In this document: positions 21,758-30,535 of the stretch, one piece after another
Layout of the letters: each line of letters opens with the position of its first letter
How positions within the stretch are numbered: position 1 is the first letter of the stretch
Program-made: the position numbers and the translations under genes
Assembly (NCBI GenBank): GCA_020348925.1
Contig: CP070758.1
Coordinates: 1,958,030 to 2,022,029, forward strand
Origin: Gemmatimonadota bacterium
Lineage (GTDB): Bacteria; JBHIER01; G020348925
Reading direction: 5' to 3'
Length of the DNA stretch: 64,000 nt
Notes under the pieces: generated by a model
The model's input: only the letters and a program-made list of their open reading frames with translations
Database searches by the model: none
Told to the model about the DNA's origin: nothing

Positions 21758-24700
21758 ATGGATAGGGAAAAGAATGTTTTGATGGTGTCTGTTGTCGTTA
21801 TACTTCTTTCCTTCACTTCAATTTTGGCTGGACAGATCGAGGTGCTTCGACCGGGTGGGATTCTGACTCAAAGCGACTACGATACCCTATCGTGGCGCAC
21901 CTTGGATGAACCGAGCGGAAGCATTGATTTCGCATCTCCTGGAGACAGCCTGGCCGTGTGGTTCAATCCCGCAGCTCCGTGCAGTCTTTTGGCCATTCGC
22001 TTCTATGCCCATGACATTATAGGTGACGCCTTGATCGATGTCTGGGATGGCTCCCGCTACGACGGTCACATTGCAACAACTGACAGCACGGACAGCAATG
22101 GCTGGATCGGGGACTTTGAAAACGGCAACTGGATTCCCGGCCGGATCTTGGGACACTCTCCCATCGGCTGGAGTAAGAACGATACTGAACATCACATCTG
22201 GGGGTCTTTGCCCCTCGTTCTCCATGAACAGAGGCACGGTATATGGACGGAGATTCCGGCGGATGTCGTTGAGCCCCATCATCGGGTGGATTTGGGCCAT
22301 ACACCCTTTCTCATCACCATCACTATGTATCCTATGAATTGGGGTGGAATGGCTGCTGAAAACGAGGGTACCACTCCTTATCATACCTTCAAGTATTACA
22401 ACCATGGCGAGGGATGGGGAGAGCCGGGACCTGATGGTGAACATTTTGGATGGTTCATTCATAGTGCTTCCGTATGGATTGAGGCTGTGGTAAAATATTA
22501 TCATCCTCGATCAGTGTCCATCTCCGGGTCAGTATCCTATTATTCCGAAGATATCCCTGTTGACGATGTGAAATTGGTTCTCTCCGGTGAGGCTTCCGAT
22601 ACCACCTCTACAGACGCCGACGGCACTTACCGGTTTGTTGGGCTACAGTCAGGATTGGACTATTGTGTTACCCCAGGAAGGAATAGGGACGATTCACCTA
22701 TCAGCGCTTTTGATGCATCTCTTATTCACCGTCATATCGTCGACCTAATGCAACTTGATGAGTTCCAAATGATGGTTGGAGATGTTACCAGGAAAGCTGG
22801 GCTAACATCGTTAGATGCATCGACAATTCTGAGATATATCATAGATGATACCCTAAACATTCCCTCCCATTCTATTGGGACTTGGTCTTTTATCCCTGAC
22901 AGCATGTTCTATGGTTCCCTTACTACTGATCAATTGAATCAAGATTATACTGCCTTTCTATGCGGAGACGTAAGCGGGAATTGGCGGCAGACGGTCATTC
23001 CCGACGATACTGTCATCGTCTGGCTTCCCGAATATAATGCCCTTCCTGTAGTGAGTTCCAGAGTGTATCTCAGCATCGGAGATATAGAGGGACTTGATGT
23101 TTTCTCCGCCCAATGTGAAATCATATACGATGAGAGTGTCTTAAAGGATATCGAGATAGGATATCAGGGCACGGCTGGCGAATTTTGGGGTACATTCGGA
23201 TATACCATCGACAACGGAAAAATATCAATGGTCTGGGCGGGGGTGGATTCTCTGAAGTGGAATGGTCCTATGGCATACATTGACTTTCAAGTATCGCCTG
23301 ACGCCCAGATAGGCCAAACGAGTCCACTCCGTTTCGGTTATTTCATGTTCAATGAGGGAGATCCCTGGGCTGAGACGAAGGATGGAATGATTACCATCGT
23401 TTCCGCTCCGGATATTGCTGTATCCGACACGATTCACGATTTCAGGCAAGCTATCTTCGGGAGTACAAAGGATTGGATATTGACTCTCTCCAATGTGGGT
23501 ATCGAGGATCTGATCGTTTTTGCTCTTCTTACGGATACATCTGCTTTTAGGGTCGACAGGGCCTCTTTCAAAATTCCACCGGATTGTAGCGAAAATGTAA
23601 ATGTCACCTTTGCCCCAACGGTGGAAGGTCGTTACGAAGGAACGCTGACCATCATCAGTAACGACCCTGATGAGAGGGAGGTGTTGATTTCCCTGCACGG
23701 CACCGGAGCAGTTCCGTACCAGGCTATTGAAGTCAGTCCCACGAACTACGATTTCGGTGAGGTGGCCGTCAATGGTGTAGCTCGTACGGTGATCACCGTG
23801 ACGAACATAGGGACAGAAGAGTTCATTGTCAGTGATATAACTTCGAGTAATGATGATTTTAGTGTTGACAAAAGCACGTTCACTCTCCAGCCTGATAGCT
23901 GTGAAGAAGTGATTATCACGTGTTCTCCCACAAATGTAGGATCTATCTGGGGGAAAATTACACTTTATACATCGATTCCTGACGGACCAATTGGGGCAGT
24001 AATATCAGTCAAGGCTGAGGGAGTTTTGCCTGAAGCCATTATCAGAGTGGGCGACGGATATGGCAATCCAGGGACTTCGAACAACGAAGTTTCCATCTAT
24101 CTGGAAAACGGGGAGGAGATTGTGGGATTGCAGTTCATCTTGAATTTCGACCCTGACGTTTTAGAGGCAATCGATTATTCAAGCACAGCCAGGTGCGATC
24201 ACATGGACATCATTGGTGTCAATTTGGAGTATGCACCGGGTCAGATAAAACTGGTGATCACCGGTATTGGCCAGTCTATTGCCAGTGGTACGGGTTCAGT
24301 GATTGACTTTTTTTTCGATGTCGTTGCCGAAGCGCCTTTCGGTGCATATCCACTTACATTGACAGACGTAAAGGTAGCTGACATCAGGGCCAGTCAACTT
24401 CTGACTGGAATTGAAAACGGGCAGTTCTATGTCGGGTCCCAACATACTATTTCGGGAACAGTTACATACAGGGAAATCGGTACTCCTATGGACAGCGTTC
24501 AAATGAGAATCTCGGACGGAGCCATAGAGTCCGCTTTCACAGATGACGATGGGCACTATCAATTTGGAGGGCTGCAAGCCGGACTGGACTATGTTGTTAC
24601 TCCGAACAACACAAATGATGACACACCCGTCAGTGCCCTCGATGCATCCTTCATTCTCCGTCATTTGTGCAATCAATTGGAGCTTGATGAGACGCAAGTG

Positions 24701-25666
24701 ACGATTGCGGATGTTACAGGGCAGGGGGGGATGACGGCGTTCGATGCAGCGACAATCCTCGAGTATATTGTTCATGACAGCGAGCTAACACCTTCTCATT
24801 TTATTGGAGTTTGGTCCTTTATACCGGACAGCCTTGTTTACGATTCGCTTTCCGCTAATCAAACAAATCAGGATTACATGGGGCTTATTATTGGGGATGT
24901 GAGTGGCAACTGGCGACAGACAACGATTCCCGAGGATACCATTACTGTCTGGTTTCCTCAGTGTAATGCCGCGCCCGGTGAAAGCATACGGGTCTTTGTC
25001 AACTTTGGTGATTTAGGAGGGCTGGATGTGTATTCTGCTCAGGGTGCGATTACTTATGATCAAAACACATTGACACTAACCGACATAGGGCGTGAGGCAA
25101 CGATTTACGGAGGTATAGGTGTCATAGAATACTACAAAGTCGATGACGGAAATATCCTCATAGCCTGGGCGGGAAATGAGCCGCCGGAGGAAGGGGGTAC
25201 ATTTGTTTCCTTCGATTTTTATGTGTCACCTGACGCCCAAATAGGCCAGACATGTCCGCTCCACTTTGAGCAGTTCATGTTCAATGAAGGGGACCCTTTT
25301 GCGGCGGTTGAGGATGGGTCTGTGAAAATCACAGCAACGACCGGGATCACCGAAAACGATCAACCGTATTCCATACCGAGTGAGTTTGCTCTCTTTCAGA
25401 ATTACCCGAATCCTTTTAATGTGAACACGGATATCAGATATCAGATAGTAGATGACGGATACCCCGTTCAAACCACCTTGAAGATTTACAACATTGTGGG
25501 CCAGGAGGTGCGTACTCTGTTGGATACGTCTCAGGAGACGGGCTATCACTCTGTCGCGTGGGATGGGAAAGACGGTCTGGGTGGAGTCGTTCCGAGTGGA
25601 GTTTATTTCTACCGGTTTCAAGCTGGAGGGTTTACTCAGACCAAGAGAATGTTGCTCTTGAAGTGA
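21758..25666 (+). CDS. Large secreted multidomain protein, paralog 4: shared domain, dockerin/cohesin-like modules, two choice-of-anchor-D/ASH-like Ig domains, C-terminal sorting domain
   Basis: Same N-terminal domain; SAFDASLI...GDVT...LDASTIL dockerin-like motif twice; cohesin-like units (AQCEIIYDESVL, LQFILNFDPDVL, AQGAITYDQNTL); HDF...LTLSNVG...LTIISNDPDE; QNYPNPFN. Confidence 0.85.
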   Translation: MDREKNVLMVSVVVILLSFTSILAGQIEVLRPGGILTQSDYDTLSWRTLDEPSGSIDFASPGDSLAVWFNPAAPCSLLAIRFYAHDIIGDALIDVWDGSRYDGHIATTDSTDSNGWIGDFENGNWIPGRILGHSPIGWSKNDTEHHIWGSLPLVLHEQRHGIWTEIPADVVEPHHRVDLGHTPFLITITMYPMNWGGMAAENEGTTPYHTFKYYNHGEGWGEPGPDGEHFGWFIHSASVWIEAVVKYYHPRSVSISGSVSYYSEDIPVDDVKLVLSGEASDTTSTDADGTYRFVGLQSGLDYCVTPGRNRDDSPISAFDASLIHRHIVDLMQLDEFQMMVGDVTRKAGLTSLDASTILRYIIDDTLNIPSHSIGTWSFIPDSMFYGSLTTDQLNQDYTAFLCGDVSGNWRQTVIPDDTVIVWLPEYNALPVVSSRVYLSIGDIEGLDVFSAQCEIIYDESVLKDIEIGYQGTAGEFWGTFGYTIDNGKISMVWAGVDSLKWNGPMAYIDFQVSPDAQIGQTSPLRFGYFMFNEGDPWAETKDGMITIVSAPDIAVSDTIHDFRQAIFGSTKDWILTLSNVGIEDLIVFALLTDTSAFRVDRASFKIPPDCSENVNVTFAPTVEGRYEGTLTIISNDPDEREVLISLHGTGAVPYQAIEVSPTNYDFGEVAVNGVARTVITVTNIGTEEFIVSDITSSNDDFSVDKSTFTLQPDSCEEVIITCSPTNVGSIWGKITLYTSIPDGPIGAVISVKAEGVLPEAIIRVGDGYGNPGTSNNEVSIYLENGEEIVGLQFILNFDPDVLEAIDYSSTARCDHMDIIGVNLEYAPGQIKLVITGIGQSIASGTGSVIDFFFDVVAEAPFGAYPLTLTDVKVADIRASQLLTGIENGQFYVGSQHTISGTVTYREIGTPMDSVQMRISDGAIESAFTDDDGHYQFGGLQAGLDYVVTPNNTNDDTPVSALDASFILRHLCNQLELDETQVTIADVTGQGGMTAFDAATILEYIVHDSELTPSHFIGVWSFIPDSLVYDSLSANQTNQDYMGLIIGDVSGNWRQTTIPEDTITVWFPQCNAAPGESIRVFVNFGDLGGLDVYSAQGAITYDQNTLTLTDIGREATIYGGIGVIEYYKVDDGNILIAWAGNEPPEEGGTFVSFDFYVSPDAQIGQTCPLHFEQFMFNEGDPFAAVEDGSVKITATTGITENDQPYSIPSEFALFQNYPNPFNVNTDIRYQIVDDGYPVQTTLKIYNIVGQEVRTLLDTSQETGYHSVAWDGKDGLGGVVPSGVYFYRFQAGGFTQTKRMLLLK

Positions 25667-25779
25667 AATTTTCAAGATGACTATCAGGGATTTGGGGGAA
25701 AGGAAGTGCTTTCCCAAAAAGTAACAAGCCCTGTACCGTGAGCTATAGGGCGCCATATCCCGAAAGGAGGGAGTTTGCC

Positions 25780-26211
25780 ATGAGAATCCCTCACCTTATC
25801 CGCAGAGGCTGGATTCACAGCCGATATTTCGTTACCGTCGGGATCATCACTTTGTTTGTATTTCCATTCTTTAGCGTGTTCATAGATACTGTTTCGGCGC
25901 AGGATTCCACGGTTTCAATATCAGGTACTGTTAGATACTTTCGTGGCGATGTACCGATGGATAGTGTTGAACTGATTCTCTCTGGCGGAGTTTCTAACAC
26001 AACCTTTACGGATACAGATGGTCGTTTTCAATTCGATGGGCTGCAAGCCGGTTTGGACTATTTCGTAACGCCCAGCAGGGTGGATAACGACAAGCCTGTC
26101 ACCGCCTTCGATGCGTCCCTTCTCCTTCGGACGCTTTGCGGAGTCACGACGCTGAGCCACTACGACTCCATAGCCGCCGATGTCACGCAGGATGGGACGG
26201 TCTCCGCTTAT
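25780..26211 (+). CDS. Secreted dockerin-module protein (3' truncated by gap)
   Basis: RBS aggagg; signal peptide; ISGTVRY...TAFDASLLLR...ADVTQDGTVSAY, paralogous to the modules in 21758-25666. Confidence 0.75.
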
Positions 26212-26413
26212 NNNNNNNNNNNNNNNNNNNNNNNNNNNNNNNNNNNNNNNNNNNNNNNNNNNNNNNNNNNNNNNNNNNNNNNNNNNNNNNNNNNNNNNNN
26301 NNNNNNNNNNNCGGATCACGCCACTGCCGCCTTTCAGGGGGGTAGTATCAGTTTCCTCAAAAAAGAATGCTTGTTGAAGCAGTCAAGGTCGTTTTCAGAG
26401 AAAGGAGCACACC

Positions 26414-27082
26414 ATGGTGAGATACGAGGGAGATCGACGCTCATTGGCAGACTCTATCGACCAGAGCCTGTTGAGACCGGAGGCGACGAGGGGGCAGATC
26501 GAGTCGATGTGCCGCGAGGCGGATCACTACGGCTTCGCCGCGGTTTTTGTCAATTCGTATTATGTAACATTGTGCTCGAATCTCTTGGCAGGGTCGAGGG
26601 TGCGGGTGGGAACCGTGACCGGATTTCCTCTGGGAGCCTGTTCCACTGAAGTAAAAGTCTTTGAGGCGATGTACGGGATTGAGCATGGGGCGGAGGAGAT
26701 CGATATGGTGATGCATGTGGGTGCCTTGAAATCCGCTGATTATACAGGCGTCGAGCAGGATATTCGAGCTGTCGTTGACATATGCAAGGGAAAAACTCTT
26801 GTGAAAGTCATCATCGAAACTGCGCTTCTGACTGACCGAGAAAAAGTGAAGGCATGTGAAATAGCTCGCGGGGCCGGAGCTGATTTTGTAAAAACATCCA
26901 CAGGGTTCGGGCCCGGCGGGGCAAAAGTTGAAGATGTGGCTCTGATGAGGAAAACTGTTGGGGAGGGGATGGGGGTGAAAGCCTCGGGCGGGATTCGTGA
27001 TTCAAAGACGGCCATCGCCATGATTGAGGCCGGGGCGAATAGGATCGGTACGAGTTCCGGAGTGAAGTTAATGACCGAATAG
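26414..27082 (+). CDS. deoC: Deoxyribose-phosphate aldolase
   Basis: GFPLG, EIDMV, KVIIET, FVKTSTGF, VKASGGIR, RIGTS. Confidence 0.97.
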   Translation: MVRYEGDRRSLADSIDQSLLRPEATRGQIESMCREADHYGFAAVFVNSYYVTLCSNLLAGSRVRVGTVTGFPLGACSTEVKVFEAMYGIEHGAEEIDMVMHVGALKSADYTGVEQDIRAVVDICKGKTLVKVIIETALLTDREKVKACEIARGAGADFVKTSTGFGPGGAKVEDVALMRKTVGEGMGVKASGGIRDSKTAIAMIEAGANRIGTSSGVKLMTE

Positions 27083-27092
27083 TATGATTATA

Positions 27093-27415
27093 CTCCCACC
27101 GGGGCCTTGAAGGGAACCCTCTCCTTTCGGCGAAGCCGTTCGTACGAAGTTTTCTTGTCGGTCTATGTGGCCACAAAATTGCACAACATGACAAGAGATA
27201 CTTGACCGCGGAAGGATAGGGGGCCCTGTCAACAGGCGGTCCGGTCGACATCATCTCCCGAAAGTGTCCAACGGTTTCGCGCGCTGTAGATCTCCCGCTT
27301 GGGTGTTCATTATTAAACGGGACGGGTTTCCTACCTTGACCATTTGACGGAACCGGCGATATTCTCAAGTGGCGTGCAATGCAACCTTAAAGTTAAGGCC
27401 TTCAAGGGGCAGGAG
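27093..27415 (-). ncRNA. Candidate large structured non-coding RNA (unassigned)
   Basis: Closing stem ccttgaagg/ccttcaagg plus several nested helices; G-U pattern favours the minus strand; no credible ORF. Confidence 0.45.
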
Positions 27416-27424
27416 GTTACCTGT

Positions 27425-29593
27425 TTAAAAGTGGAATCGCTCTCTCTTCTTCCTCTCCTTCTTCTTTTTTTCCTCCGACCCCCCCTCGACAAGGGTGGTA
27501 TGGATGGGACAGGGCTCGGTGGGTTCGGTACCCTCAATAAAAACCTCCTCCTTACCGTTGTTCATGAGTTCCGGGCAGTATGGGGTGGCCAAATGTTTTG
27601 ATTCCGCACAGATTTTTGCCTTAACGATCCCATCCGGCACGTCAAATTCCTGATGCGTTAACAGCAGAGAATCCTGAAGACCTTTCATAAATTCCGTCCA
27701 GGCAGGAAGAGCCGAGATGGCCCCTGATTGACCATCGCCGAGACTGTGTTGCGGGTCGTCGAATCCAACCCAGACGCCGGTGACTATTTCAGGCGTAAAT
27801 CCTAAAAACCAGGCGTCCGTGAAATCATCGGTTGTTCCAGTCTTTCCGGCAGCAGGAAGTCGAAATCCGCCGTACCGCGCGTTTATACCGGTTCCCCGGT
27901 CAATGACGCTTTGCAACAGGTTCGTCATAATGTAGGCCGTTTTTACATTCAGCACCTCCCTTTCCCGTCTCTCTTGCTCCAAGACCCGTCGATAGGCATC
28001 TGGTTCTTCCCCATGTCGATCTATAACTCTGAGAATTGAAACGGGACGAACCCAAATACCTCCATTGGATAGAACAGCGTATGCTGAAACCAATTCAAGA
28101 AGAGTGACCACTTCGGTTCCCAAGGCCAATGATGGGACAGGGCTTATGGGGCTCTGAATGCCCATGCGATGGGCGTAAAAGACGGCCTGCTGAGGGCCGA
28201 TTTTCTGAAGAAGCCTCACCGTGACGAGATTTCGAGAGCGTCGTATTCCGTCCCTGAGGGTTGTCAACCCTCCAAAAGTGCGATCATAATTTCGCGGGCG
28301 CCATTCTTTCCCATCTCCGCCCATGAGAACGATTGGTTGATCCAACATCTCTGTTATGGTTGTGTATCCGTTGTCAATGGCCGCCGTGTAAATGAACGGC
28401 TTAAATGCAGAACCTGGTTGTCTGCGGGCTTGGACCGTGCGATTCCATTGGCTCTCCTTGAAATCTCGACCACCCACCATGGCCTTGATATGGCCGGAGC
28501 GTGGTTCAATGGCCAAAAGAGCACCCTGGACAATACCGGGTGCGATCGTGTCACCTTCAGCAGGGACCTCGGTATCCGATTCCGATTGTGCCAAGAGATC
28601 GATTCTCTGCTGAAGGGAGGTGAGACGGTTTTGAATGGCCTGATTGGCCAGCCGTTGATGACGGAGGTCGAGGCTTGTGTATATTGAAACTCCTTCCTGA
28701 TAGAGCAGATCACTGCCAAACTTGTCTTCAAGTTGGCGACGAACATCTTCGACAAAATAGGGGGCTTCTCCCTCCAGCCCTCCATGAGGATCCAGCTGGA
28801 CCGGAGTTTTCTTTATGCTGTCCGCCTCGGAAGAAGAGATGTCACCGCATCGGACCATAGCATCCAGGACCAGATTTCTGCGGGATTGAGCTCTTAGGGG
28901 GTGATCCAGTGGGGAATAGTGGTGTGGTGCTTTCAACATGCCCGCGATCAAGGCACATTCGGCGAGACCAAGCTCCTCGACGTTTTTACTGAAATAGAGC
29001 TGGGCCGCCGATTGAACGCCGTATGCACCGTGACCTAAATATTGTTGGTTGAGGTACATTTCCAGGATTTCTTCTTTGGAATACGTCTTTTCAATGCGAA
29101 CGGCGACCAGCATCTCTCTCATTTTTCTGGTCATTGTTTGTTCCAGAGTGAGAAAGAGGTTTCGGGCCAACTGTTGGGTCAAGGTGCTGGCACCCTGTAC
29201 CTTACGCATAGCCTTGAGATCGATCCACAGAGCCCTGGCTATGTCTCTCAGGCTTATTCCCCAGTGGTTCCAAAACCTTCGATCTTCCATGTCGATCACT
29301 GCTTGGATGAGTTGCGGTGGGATCTTTTCAAGTGGAACCAAGACTCGCCGCTGAACGTAGAATTCCTTTAATATTTGGTTATCCGAAGAATAGATGCGGG
29401 TGATAAGACTGGGTCTGTATGACTCCAGTTGGGCCAATGAGGGGAGGTCCCTTTGGAGGTGAACGAGAACACCGCCCAGCATCCCGAGCCCCCAGAAGAG
29501 GATAATGAGAATGATGAAAATTTCTCTGGAATTCATGTACCAGAACGGCCGTTTATCCGATGTGCTTTTACTCCGCATACCATTCGGTTTCAC
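27425..29593 (-). CDS. mrcA: Class A penicillin-binding protein 1A (transglycosylase/transpeptidase)
   Basis: EDRRFWNHWG, GASTLTQQLARN, SAFK (SxxK), SRN (SxN), KTGT; start codon uncertain. Confidence 0.93.
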   Translation of the reverse strand: MKPNGMRSKSTSDKRPFWYMNSREIFIILIILFWGLGMLGGVLVHLQRDLPSLAQLESYRPSLITRIYSSDNQILKEFYVQRRVLVPLEKIPPQLIQAVIDMEDRRFWNHWGISLRDIARALWIDLKAMRKVQGASTLTQQLARNLFLTLEQTMTRKMREMLVAVRIEKTYSKEEILEMYLNQQYLGHGAYGVQSAAQLYFSKNVEELGLAECALIAGMLKAPHHYSPLDHPLRAQSRRNLVLDAMVRCGDISSSEADSIKKTPVQLDPHGGLEGEAPYFVEDVRRQLEDKFGSDLLYQEGVSIYTSLDLRHQRLANQAIQNRLTSLQQRIDLLAQSESDTEVPAEGDTIAPGIVQGALLAIEPRSGHIKAMVGGRDFKESQWNRTVQARRQPGSAFKPFIYTAAIDNGYTTITEMLDQPIVLMGGDGKEWRPRNYDRTFGGLTTLRDGIRRSRNLVTVRLLQKIGPQQAVFYAHRMGIQSPISPVPSLALGTEVVTLLELVSAYAVLSNGGIWVRPVSILRVIDRHGEEPDAYRRVLEQERREREVLNVKTAYIMTNLLQSVIDRGTGINARYGGFRLPAAGKTGTTDDFTDAWFLGFTPEIVTGVWVGFDDPQHSLGDGQSGAISALPAWTEFMKGLQDSLLLTHQEFDVPDGIVKAKICAESKHLATPYCPELMNNGKEEVFIEGTEPTEPCPIHTTLVEGGSEEKKKKERKKRERFHF

Positions 29594-29861
29594 AGGTTCG
29601 ATTCTCTATTCAGCGACTACCCCGGATACGGACTGGATTGTGGTTTCGAACAATTCAAGAGCCTCCCAGGCCGCACTCCATCGCTTGGTCTTCTCGCAAC
29701 GAGAGACATGATTTTTCATGCACCATCATAGAAGTAATTCAAATATTTCATAGTGTCAAGGAGAAAAAAGTTCCATGGCTTTCTTTCTTTGTTTTTCCCT
29801 TCAGGACAACTGTCCTATTTTTCATAGATCAATAAGTAATATCTTTTTTTAAAAAAAAATC

Positions 29862-29890
29862 TTGACACGATTTTGAAATAGTGTTATATT
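29862..29890 (+). promoter_or_regulatory. rRNA operon sigma70 promoter
   Basis: TTGACA-17 nt-TATATT with extended TG and an upstream A/T tract. Confidence 0.85.
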
Positions 29891-29969
29891 ACACTCGAAA
29901 ATGTGTCGGGAAATCTCCGATAGATATTCGGGAGGGTACCGAAATCTCTCGGAGAGGATCTTTGGCATG

Positions 29970-30020
29970 AAAGATCTACTCGATGTAGAAGGAGTAGATT
30001 TTTTTATCTGTTCTTTGACA
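29970..30020 (+). promoter_or_regulatory. rrn antitermination elements (boxB-like hairpin and boxA)
   Basis: Hairpin aagatctactc...gagtagattt, then TGTTCTTTGACA (30009-30020). Confidence 0.75.
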
Positions 30021-30079
30021 AAGGAATAGCGTGCACGTCTGGTATAGTGGACGTGGGTTCTTGTTTTAGGAAATATTTT

Positions 30080-30435
30080 TTTACGGAGAGTTTGATCCTG
30101 GCTCAGAACAAACGCTGGCGGCGTGCTTCATACATGCAAGTCGAACGAGAAATCCCGAGCTTGCTTGGGAAAGTACAGTGGCGAACGGGTGCGTAACACG
30201 TGGGTAACCTGCTCTCAAATTGGGGATAACCCTGCCAACGCGGGGCTAATACCGAATAAAGTCCTGAAATTGCATGGTTTTAGGATGAAAGCTATTTTCA
30301 TTTAATGGATAGCGTTTGAGAAGGGGCCCGCGGCCTATTAGCTTGTTGGTAGAGTAATGGTCTACCAAGGCGACGATAGGTAGCCGACCTGAGAGGGTGT
30401 ACGGCCACACTGGGACTGAGATACGGCCCAGACTC
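30080..30435 (+). rRNA. rrs: 16S rRNA, 5' part (truncated by gap)
   Basis: AGAGTTTGATCCTGGCTCAG, CATGCAAGTCGAACG, CACACTGGGACTGAGATACGGCCCAGACTC. Confidence 0.99.
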
Positions 30436-30535
30436 NNNNNNNNNNNNNNNNNNNNNNNNNNNNNNNNNNNNNNNNNNNNNNNNNNNNNNNNNNNNNNNNN
30501 NNNNNNNNNNNNNNNNNNNNNNNNNNNNNNNNNNN

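Noticed and set aside
17943-22510. Diversity-generating retroelement as the source of paralog variation
   Set aside because: No reverse transcriptase and no template/variable repeat pair with adenine-specific differences seen; the divergence includes indels
27093-27415. RNase P, tmRNA or SRP RNA identity, or the 185-aa ORF 26811-27368
   Set aside because: Diagnostic conserved motifs are absent; the ORF overlaps deoC antisense and has no protein-like features
30362-30535. HsdR ORF apparently running into the 16S rRNA; likewise ORFs spanning the other N gaps (14476-16476, 25738-26649, 52433-61081, 60838-62532)
   Set aside because: Artefacts of translating through 100-N scaffold gaps; the flanks are different contigs
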